From Desulfotignum sp. (GTDB lineage: Bacteria; Desulfobacterota; Desulfobacteria; Desulfobacterales; Desulfobacteraceae): DNA of 64,000 bases. The notes below the pieces were generated by a model, which did no database searches, was not told where the DNA came from, and worked only from the letters and a program-made list of their open reading frames with translations. Positions 9,275 to 16,100 of the stretch are shown piece after piece. Each line of letters starts with the position of its first letter. Positions within the stretch are counted from its first letter, which is position 1. A program made the translations under genes and the position numbers. The DNA lies in the NCBI GenBank assembly GCA_011390635.1, contig JAABSA010000001.1:80623-144622 (forward strand). Reading direction: 5' to 3'.

Positions 9275-10453
9275 ATGTTTGCCAGAAAAATAAGTGACCG
9301 TATCTTTTGCTTGGGATCTGTGGACTGGGACAGACGTCTTTTTGATGCGCTGATTCCTTTGCCGGACGGTACCAGCTACAATGCGTATCTGATTAACGGC
9401 AGTGAAAAAACCGTGCTGCTGGATGCGGTGGATCCGCCTATGGCCCCTGAGCTCATGGCCCAGCTCAGGGACGTTCCCAAAATTGATTTTGTGGTTTCCC
9501 ATCATGCCGAACAGGATCATTCCGGCACCATACCAAAAATTCTTGATACCTATCCCGAGGCCAAATTGGTATGCACGCCCAAAGCAAAAGGGATGCTGGT
9601 TGATCTGCTCCAGATACCCGATGAAAAATGTAAAACCGTTGAAGATGGTGAATCAGTTTCCCTTGGTGACAAGACATTGAAATTCATCTATACTCCCTGG
9701 GTTCACTGGCCGGAAACCATGGTGACCTGGCTTGAAGAAGACCGGATTCTTTTTTCCTGTGATTTTTTCGGATCTCATATTGCTTCAACCGATCTTTTTG
9801 TCACGGACGAGGGACGCGTGTATGAAGCGGCTAAAAGGTATTTTGCCGAAATTATGATGCCATTTCGAAGTATCATTAAAAAAAATCTGGAAAAGCTGGC
9901 CCTTTATCCCATTGAGATGATCGCTCCCAGTCACGGCCAGATTTATGCAAACCCCGCATTTATTCTTGATGCATACAACGACTGGGTCAATGGTACGCCC
10001 AAAAACGTCGTGGTGCTGCCCTATGTATCCATGCATGAAAGTACAAAACAGATGGTGGACCATCTCGTGGCTTCACTTGTGGATAAGGGAGTCCGGGTGG
10101 AACTGTTTAATCTGGCGGTAACCGACATCGGCAAACTAGCCATGGCCCTTGTGGATGCCGCGACCATTGTGGTAGGAACCCCCACAGTCCTGGCAGGTCC
10201 GCATCCCTATGCAGCCTATGCCGCATTTCTGGCAAATGCCCTGCGGCCGGAAGCAAAATTTCTCTCCATTGTCGGTTCTTATGGATGGGGAGGGAAAACC
10301 GTGGAAATTCTTGCCGGCATGATCCCCAACCTGAAGGTGGAGGTACTGGACCCGGTTCTGTGCAAAGGAGTCCCGTCACAAGCTACGTTTACTGGGCTGG
10401 ATGAGCTGGCAGCGACAATTGCGAAAAAACATGCGGAAAATGGCTTTACATAA
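9275..10453 (+). CDS. Flavodiiron protein (FprA / rubredoxin:oxygen oxidoreductase type; metallo-beta-lactamase fold plus flavodoxin domain)
   Basis: SHHAEQDHSG di-iron ligand motif, then YTPWVHWPETM and a C-terminal flavodoxin-like VVGTPT. AAGGAGG SD lies 7 nt upstream. Confidence 0.88.
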   Translation: MFARKISDRIFCLGSVDWDRRLFDALIPLPDGTSYNAYLINGSEKTVLLDAVDPPMAPELMAQLRDVPKIDFVVSHHAEQDHSGTIPKILDTYPEAKLVCTPKAKGMLVDLLQIPDEKCKTVEDGESVSLGDKTLKFIYTPWVHWPETMVTWLEEDRILFSCDFFGSHIASTDLFVTDEGRVYEAAKRYFAEIMMPFRSIIKKNLEKLALYPIEMIAPSHGQIYANPAFILDAYNDWVNGTPKNVVVLPYVSMHESTKQMVDHLVASLVDKGVRVELFNLAVTDIGKLAMALVDAATIVVGTPTVLAGPHPYAAYAAFLANALRPEAKFLSIVGSYGWGGKTVEILAGMIPNLKVEVLDPVLCKGVPSQATFTGLDELAATIAKKHAENGFT

Positions 10454-10751
10454 GGAAATGAAGCATGTTTTATTATCAATGCGAACACGGTTTAGGCGGA
10501 CCGGAATCCGTGATCTAAAGAACAATTTTTCTGAATTTACTTAATATGCGATTATCATAAAAATAAAGAGGTGGCGATGCGCAGTATAATTGCTCTTTTG
10601 CTTGAACTGGACGAGCGTATTCGTGATGTGGTTGAAAGTCCGGAAGGCTGACGATATTTGTCCACCGACAGTGGCCGGATCATGCGCATCAGACCGGCAT
10701 CTGAGTGACGGCTGACCAGGAAGGTAAAGGCCATTTATGAAAGGAGAGTAT

Positions 10752-11315
10752 ATGAAAGTACAATTTTTACAGATGGCCGCGTTGTTGCTGTTGCTGTGTG
10801 TTGCGGCGGCAGGCTGTTCCAGAATTCAGGTAAGCCAGGATTATGATACAAAAATGCATTTTCCAAAACTGCACACCTATGCCTGGAAACCCCCGGTGGA
10901 AAAAAAACATGACGATATCAGAGAAAATAATCCCTTACTGCACAAACGGTTTCATGAAAACATCGACAGCGTATTGATGGAAAAAGGGTACACCAGGAAA
11001 AACAAACCCGATTTCCTGGTAGATTACGAATATTCCATCAAAACAAAAATCTATTCAGAGCCTTACAGCACTGGGATTGGCTTCGGCATTGGCCCACATT
11101 ACCGCTACAGCGGTTTTGGCATCAGTACAGCACCGCAAATTCGCCAGTATGATGTCGGGATATTGGCCATCAATGTGTATGATGCCGAATCTGAAATATT
11201 TCTGTGGCGGGGTATGGGATCCGAGGAAATTTCTTCTCACCCCACCCCCCAGCAGACCTCGGAGATGGTCAGACGTCTGGTGGAAGCCATACTCTTCCAG
11301 TTTCCACCGCAATAA
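10752..11315 (+). CDS. DUF4136-like lipoprotein
   Basis: Signal peptide with lipobox (LLLCVAAAGC). AAGGAG SD precedes ATG 10752, which I prefer over the track start 10737. The DUF4136 assignment is from overall resemblance only. Confidence 0.65.
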   Translation: MKVQFLQMAALLLLLCVAAAGCSRIQVSQDYDTKMHFPKLHTYAWKPPVEKKHDDIRENNPLLHKRFHENIDSVLMEKGYTRKNKPDFLVDYEYSIKTKIYSEPYSTGIGFGIGPHYRYSGFGISTAPQIRQYDVGILAINVYDAESEIFLWRGMGSEEISSHPTPQQTSEMVRRLVEAILFQFPPQ

Positions 11316-11460
11316 ATACACTGTGTCCCCCTTTGATTATGGTACACATCTTTTTCCATAATATACTATACCCGCCAGCTGGGAAATTTCCCTCAAAAAT
11401 CAGTTGTCAATTGAAGGGGCGTGGAAACCTGTACAAAAACCGGACAAAAAGGATGGCCCT

Positions 11461-11832
11461 ATGGGACCCAATGAAAAAAAACTGGCTGCCCTGGAGCAGA
11501 AACTGGCTGATCTGGGTATTCACAAAAAGGATCTGGAAGAAAAATTCATCAAAGCCTCGGGCAGGGGAGGGCAGAAAGTGAACAAATCCTCTTCCGCAGT
11601 GTTTATCCGTCACCGGCAAACCGGGCTTTGTGTAAAGGTTGGCAAGCACAGATCCCGCCATCTGAACCGATTTCTGGCTCTGCGGGCACTGGTTGAAAAA
11701 ATTGCCGCCCTACGTACAGGTACAGATGAAAAACAACAGGACCACATAAAAAAAACGCGCAAACAAAAATTGCGGCGAAAGCAGAAAACCCGCAAAAAAC
11801 TGGCATCATCACGGGATACTACAGATGCATGA
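11461..11832 (+). CDS. GGQ-motif release-factor-domain protein (ArfB / peptidyl-tRNA hydrolase-like) with basic C-terminal tail
   Basis: ASGRGGQKVNKSSSAV (GGQ motif) and a Lys/Arg-rich tail KKTRKQKLRRKQKTRKK. Start moved to ATG 11461, preceded by AAGGA. Confidence 0.75.
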   Translation: MGPNEKKLAALEQKLADLGIHKKDLEEKFIKASGRGGQKVNKSSSAVFIRHRQTGLCVKVGKHRSRHLNRFLALRALVEKIAALRTGTDEKQQDHIKKTRKQKLRRKQKTRKKLASSRDTTDA

Positions 11833-12106
11833 TTTCCATACTTGTATCTGCAACCATGGCAAGACCTGTATCATCCACAAAATTAAATATTTTATCCACC
11901 TGTGAATTGACCCGGGCACTGTCATTGCCCACAACACAAAACCCGATTTCTGCCCATTCATGGCTGTCGTTCAATCCTGTCTCTGCCACTGCCGCATTGA
12001 ACTGGTTCTGAACCCTTGCAACAATACTTTTGACAACCTTGCGCTTGCCCTTTAAAGAGCGAATATCATAGAGCCGCAACCTGATCTGTCCGCATCCCAC
12101 CACCAT
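11819..12106 (-). CDS. DUF503 (YlxP-like) protein
   Basis: RLRLYDIRSLKGKRKVVKSIVARVQNQFNAAVAE..WAEIGFCVVGND matches my recollection of DUF503. Confidence 0.7.
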   Translation of the reverse strand: MVVGCGQIRLRLYDIRSLKGKRKVVKSIVARVQNQFNAAVAETGLNDSHEWAEIGFCVVGNDSARVNSQVDKIFNFVDDTGLAMVADTSMEIMHL

Positions 12107-12115
12107 GGCTGGCTT

Positions 12116-12547
12116 TTAAAATGCCCCCAGCTGACAGGGTTTTATGCGGATATTAATTTTTTCGCAGGCAGATCCCATATCCAGGCGGCTGATTTTATAT
12201 TCTCTGGCAATACCCCAGGCATCACGGCAGGACATCCGGCCATCAATGCTCTGGCTTTCAATTTTGGCCCACAATTGATCTGATATATCGATGCCAGGAT
12301 CAATACGTTTTTGGTCCGGTTCATATCCGAACAGCCCCATCTGGCACTCTACAATGCGCAGTTCCATCAGATCTGCCTGGATCCCGATCTCTTTAGGAGA
12401 GACCCCTAATTCTTTGGCAGCTTTATGGGCGGATGCGCAGCGCAACTGGTTTTTGTCCCCGATATCTTTCAATTTTTGGACAATGACAGGATCACTCTTC
12501 TGATCCGGGTGTTTGCCTGCATAATGTCCTTTATCCTGGTGTGCCAT
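12116..12547 (-). CDS. Hypothetical protein with an internal duplication of an HTH-like module ending C-Q-x-G-x-F
   Basis: Repeat 1 is RCASAHKAAKELGVSPKEIGIQADLMELRIVECQMGLFG. Repeat 2 is SCRDAWGIAREYKISRLDMGSACEKINIRIKPCQLGAF. It sits 9 nt upstream of the DUF503 gene on the same strand. Confidence 0.6.
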   Translation of the reverse strand: MAHQDKGHYAGKHPDQKSDPVIVQKLKDIGDKNQLRCASAHKAAKELGVSPKEIGIQADLMELRIVECQMGLFGYEPDQKRIDPGIDISDQLWAKIESQSIDGRMSCRDAWGIAREYKISRLDMGSACEKINIRIKPCQLGAF

Positions 12548-12660
12548 GGTTGCCTTCCCTATATTTTCAGGTTATATTATGCAAAATAGTATAAACCAAA
12601 AACCGTCTGCAATAAAGGATTTAATTTGTGACAGGCTCCCCTGATTTTTCAGCGTTTCAA

Positions 12661-13479
12661 ATGATCTACATCGCATCCTGCGGAGAGGGCATCAATGCCT
12701 TTCACCTGGTGGAATCCACCCTGGTCCAGTTTCCCGATAACAGGATTACTGTGGTCAAGGTGCCTCAGATCCGGTCTGAGGTCCAGGTGGATGAACTCAT
12801 TGACAAGGTCAAGGATATTGAAAGTCTGATCGTCCATACCATTGTCAACACAAACCTTCGAAAATATCTCACCCGCAATGGCATGGAACATAAAATAGTC
12901 ACCATTGATCTCATGGGTCCGGTGCTTTCAAAAATCCAGGCATTTTTGAACCAGGATCCCCTGGAAAAACCAGGCCTTTACCGGGAACGCCACCAGGTGA
13001 ATCTCAAGCAGGTGTCTGCCATTGATTTTGCCCTGGCCCATGACGATGGTCTGAATCCGGAAACCCTCACTGAGGCTGAAATTATCCTGCTGGGGTTGTC
13101 CCGGGCTGGCAAGACCCCTTTGTCCATGTATATGGCGGTCCTGGGATGGAGGGTGGCCAATATTCCTTTTGTCCCAGGGGTTCCCATGCCCGGCATACTG
13201 GATTCTCTGGACCGTCGGCGGATTTTTGCTTTGAACATCAATGCCAAACAGCTTGTGGCACACCGTAAAATGCGCCAGGAAAGCCTTGGTGCATCAGATA
13301 TGAAAGCCTATTCTTCCAGGAAAGATATTGAGGAAGAAATCCTCATGGCCCACCGCCATTATATTGCCAAAGGGTATTCCATTATCAATGTGAGCAACAA
13401 ACCCATTGAAACCAGTGCCGAAGAGATCATTGAAATGGTCACCCGCCGCTTTAAGACCGCGGCACATCTGCATACCTGA
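12661..13479 (+). CDS. Bifunctional kinase/pyrophosphorylase of the PpsR/PDRP family (DUF299); probably the pyruvate phosphate dikinase regulatory protein
   Basis: ILLGLSRAGKTPLSMYMA P-loop and overall PpsR-like layout; ppdK is nearby. Start moved to ATG 12661 (MIYIASCGEG). Confidence 0.85.
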   Translation: MIYIASCGEGINAFHLVESTLVQFPDNRITVVKVPQIRSEVQVDELIDKVKDIESLIVHTIVNTNLRKYLTRNGMEHKIVTIDLMGPVLSKIQAFLNQDPLEKPGLYRERHQVNLKQVSAIDFALAHDDGLNPETLTEAEIILLGLSRAGKTPLSMYMAVLGWRVANIPFVPGVPMPGILDSLDRRRIFALNINAKQLVAHRKMRQESLGASDMKAYSSRKDIEEEILMAHRHYIAKGYSIINVSNKPIETSAEEIIEMVTRRFKTAAHLHT

Positions 13480-13505
13480 CAAGACGTGCCGCAAAAGACG
13501 AATCA

Positions 13506-14303
13506 TTATTTCACATACAGAGAGGGAACCTTTGGTATGGATGAAAACTTATGGGTCAGGTTCATGAGGCTTTCTGCATTGCCGATGGCAAAAAAACCCC
13601 GGGCTGCCACCGCTCCGTAGAGTTTGTTTACAACCCTTTCGCTGGTGGGCAGATCAAAATATATCATGACATTTCTGCAGACCACCGCATCAAACCCCTG
13701 GCCGGGCGGTGTGTCTGTAATCAGGTTGAAGCGCTCAAAATTGATATGTGCCTGTACCTGTTTTTTGATTTTGACATGGCCCTGATATTTACCGGTACCC
13801 TGTTGAAAATACCGGTGCAGCAGGGCTTTGGGAACATCTCTGGTCTTGTCAATGCGGTAGATGCCCCTTACAGCCGTGGTCAGAACCGAATGGGATATGT
13901 CAGTGGCCAGTATGGAAAAATCAAGGCCTGCTTCCAGAAGCTGCATGGCAATGGAATATGGCTCATCTCCGGTGGAGCACGCAGCACACCATATTTTGAA
14001 CACCTGGTTTTTTTTTGTAGCGATAGTTTTAAAATGATGGACCATGTATGCAATGCTGTTGTTTTCCCTGAAAAAGTAGGAATGGTTGGTCGTGACAGTG
14101 TCAATGAATTCCACTACTTCCTGTTCATTGGAAGCCAGATACGCCAGGTATTGGTCAAAATTTTTTCTGGTCAGACGCATACGTTTGGCAAGTTTGGATT
14201 TGAGCAGCTCTTTTTTGCCTTCATGCAGATTGATTCCAGATGACTGGTATACCAGATTCTGTAATTCAAGAAACTGATTTTTGGAAAGAACTATTTCATT
14301 CAT
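13506..14303 (-). CDS. cheR: Chemotaxis protein methyltransferase CheR
   Basis: TNHSYFFRE and IWCAACSTGDEPYSIAM (SAM-binding region), plus VVCRNVMIYF. Confidence 0.9.
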   Translation of the reverse strand: MNEIVLSKNQFLELQNLVYQSSGINLHEGKKELLKSKLAKRMRLTRKNFDQYLAYLASNEQEVVEFIDTVTTNHSYFFRENNSIAYMVHHFKTIATKKNQVFKIWCAACSTGDEPYSIAMQLLEAGLDFSILATDISHSVLTTAVRGIYRIDKTRDVPKALLHRYFQQGTGKYQGHVKIKKQVQAHINFERFNLITDTPPGQGFDAVVCRNVMIYFDLPTSERVVNKLYGAVAARGFFAIGNAESLMNLTHKFSSIPKVPSLYVK

Positions 14304-14466
14304 GGCAAAACCATATTATATATTTCAACATGTCCCATAAAAAACCATAGGAGAATACCTGAACAACCGCAGCACAAAATCCTTTGAACGGCGGAAATCA
14401 CAAGATGTCTGGGCCAGACTTTTCATTGTCCTGCACCTGCTTGCCTGGACCGTCCTTTTTATATCC

Positions 14467-14757
14467 ATGCTGGTATTTCACCGGGCCCAGCCGGAATTTG
14501 AAACTTTTTTTGACCGGTTTTACCAGCTGGATTTAAGAACGGTCTGGGATTTGCGTTTTCTGCAGTACCTGTTATATATTATTTTTTTGGGTCTTGCTAT
14601 CAGTATTTTCGGAATGATCCTGGCGCGATTCCGGGCCAGACGCAAAAATGACCTGAAAAAACAGATGAAGATTTTAGGTTGCCTTTACCTGGCCTTGTTT
14701 TTTATATACTGGCTTATGATATGGGGTTCAAGATTGTCAGAACTCTGGCCGATATGA
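14467..14757 (+). CDS. Small integral membrane protein (2 TM as annotated; possibly 3 TM if initiated upstream at CTG 14359)
   Basis: Hydrophobic segments YLLYIIFLGLAISIFGMILA and ILGCLYLALFFIYWLMIW. The frame is open upstream to 14341. Confidence 0.5.
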   Translation: MLVFHRAQPEFETFFDRFYQLDLRTVWDLRFLQYLLYIIFLGLAISIFGMILARFRARRKNDLKKQMKILGCLYLALFFIYWLMIWGSRLSELWPI

Positions 14758-14792
14758 AGTATATTTTGCAACAACCGTAAAAGGAATCTATC

Positions 14793-15626
14793 ATGAAATT
14801 TATCACAGGCATTCTGCAAATCCCGGTGCTTATCATTGTGCTGGCGGTCACCCCCTGTTCTGCCAGGGATTTCATGATTGAATTCATTGCTGAAAACTAC
14901 AAGGAAACCCAGATTCCCTACACCAACACCCCCCAGATTTATCATTCCATCCAGGTGAATACCCATGCAGGCCCCAAACTGCTGATTCTCACAGGAGACG
15001 ATCTGACCTCCCGCAGATGGCTGCGCCAATATATTGCAGACAACAAAAGATTCATTGCCCGGGTGGCGGATACGGAAAACGATCTGTTTGTAGCTTCCCG
15101 TGTCTATGAAATTGATGTCACCCGGCTGCATCCGGTCAGTAAAGACAACCGGGACAATTTTTTCACAAAAGATGCGGCTGCTGCGGAAGCCGGGCACATC
15201 ATCGGGACCCGGCATATCCTGGTGATTGATACCAATGAAACCCGCAGCCATTTGATTGCACAGGTTATCACCGCAATGGGATACACCCCTGTCATATCCA
15301 CAAACGGTCGACAGGCCCTGGAAATGTTCAGGATCCAGCCTGAAAAATTTCAAATGGTCATTGCCAATCACAAGGCTCCCGGCATTGAAACAGAAGTTTT
15401 TGTGGAACAGGTTCTCAACATCGACCACCAGATCCCCATCCTTGTGGAAACAGGGTACCGTGATCCCGAAACCCGACAGCGTTACCAGAAACGTTTTTCC
15501 GGGGCCGGCTCAGTGGTCCTCACCCCCATGGCCCTCAAGGATTTGCAAAAAAATATTCAGGGCATGGTCAAGAATGTATCCACCCAAGAAGATGCTCCCA
15601 TGGATGAGCAACAGGCGGCATCATGA
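14793..15626 (+). CDS. Exported or membrane-anchored protein with a C-terminal receiver-like (pseudo-receiver) domain
   Basis: N-terminal hydrophobic signal/anchor (ILQIPVLIIVLAVTPCSA). The C-terminal half has a CheY-like pattern, ILVIDTNETRSHL..GYTPVISTNGRQALEMF..FQMVIANHKAPGIE..PILVETGY. The expected phospho-acceptor Asp is Asn (VIANH) and the conserved Lys position reads LTPM. Confidence 0.7.
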   Translation: MKFITGILQIPVLIIVLAVTPCSARDFMIEFIAENYKETQIPYTNTPQIYHSIQVNTHAGPKLLILTGDDLTSRRWLRQYIADNKRFIARVADTENDLFVASRVYEIDVTRLHPVSKDNRDNFFTKDAAAAEAGHIIGTRHILVIDTNETRSHLIAQVITAMGYTPVISTNGRQALEMFRIQPEKFQMVIANHKAPGIETEVFVEQVLNIDHQIPILVETGYRDPETRQRYQKRFSGAGSVVLTPMALKDLQKNIQGMVKNVSTQEDAPMDEQQAAS

Positions 15627-16060
15627 CACGATGGCCCAAACCATTTTATCTGCCGGCTCTTCTGCTTTTTTCCTTGGTATCCGCTACTGTGTCCGGGGCT
15701 GCTGAAGACGGATTCCGCCGGTATGAAGCCGGATTTACAAATTTTGTAACCTGTGAGCTCACGCGCATCGGACAAGGCTCTTATTTCCAGGGCAAGTCTG
15801 TTGATATCACCATGATTAATGTGTTTGACGTTCGGCCTGAATCTGATCTGGTGATCATCACAGGTGCGGTGCAGTGTTTTGTGGAAGATACCTACCAAAC
15901 CCTTTATGCGGCAGTGGGAGTCAAAACCATCATGGACAAGGAGAAAGTGATGTATTTTACCATCCGGCCTGACGATTTTTCCATTCTTGCCACAGAATTG
16001 ATGCGCTATCCTTATAAAGAACGCTGCGGATGGTCACGGTACCTGTTGGATATTCATTAA
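15623..16060 (+). CDS. Secreted hypothetical protein
   Basis: Signal peptide LPALLLFSLVSATVSGAAE. The start overlaps the preceding stop (ATGA), indicating translational coupling. Confidence 0.6.
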   Translation: MTRWPKPFYLPALLLFSLVSATVSGAAEDGFRRYEAGFTNFVTCELTRIGQGSYFQGKSVDITMINVFDVRPESDLVIITGAVQCFVEDTYQTLYAAVGVKTIMDKEKVMYFTIRPDDFSILATELMRYPYKERCGWSRYLLDIH

Positions 16061-16062
16061 AA

Positions 16063-16090
16063 CCCCCTGCCATGCACCCGGGGCAGGGGG
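16063..16090 (-). terminator. Intrinsic terminator between convergent genes, best oriented for ppdK
   Basis: CCCCCTGCC..10 nt..GGCAGGGGG. On the minus strand the stem is followed by TTTTAAT. Confidence 0.6.
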
Positions 16091-16100
16091 CCTTGCAGGT

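Noticed and set aside
8851-10453. A genomic island inserted at the tmRNA 3' end.
   Set aside because: There is no integrase, excisionase or phage gene, and I could not spot a direct repeat of the tmRNA 3' terminus in the window. The next gene is an ordinary flavodiiron protein. It is kept only as a low-interest note on the non-coding tract.
10634-10675. GAAAGTCCGG (RNase P RNA CR-I-like) at 10634..10643, and CAGTGGC (reverse complement of the cobalamin-riboswitch GCCACTG box) at 10669..10675.
   Set aside because: The spacer (under 300 nt) is too short for RNase P RNA, and its other conserved regions are not present. The B12-box-like string is on the minus strand, where no downstream gene exists. 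These are isolated short matches only.
13551-14243. Long antisense ORFs inside well-supported genes. Examples: 13551..14243 (+) in cheR, 14685..15428 (-) opposite the pseudo-receiver gene, 17790..18380 (+) in ppdK, 44749..45504 and 45123..45797 (+) in hdrA, 53280..53984 (-) in the aminotransferase gene, 59298..60056 (-) in argJ, and 62475..63152 (+) in the NTase fusion.
   Set aside because: In each case the opposite strand encodes a protein with multiple family-specific motifs. The antisense translations are Gly/His/Phe/Cys-skewed with no motifs, which is typical of shadow ORFs.
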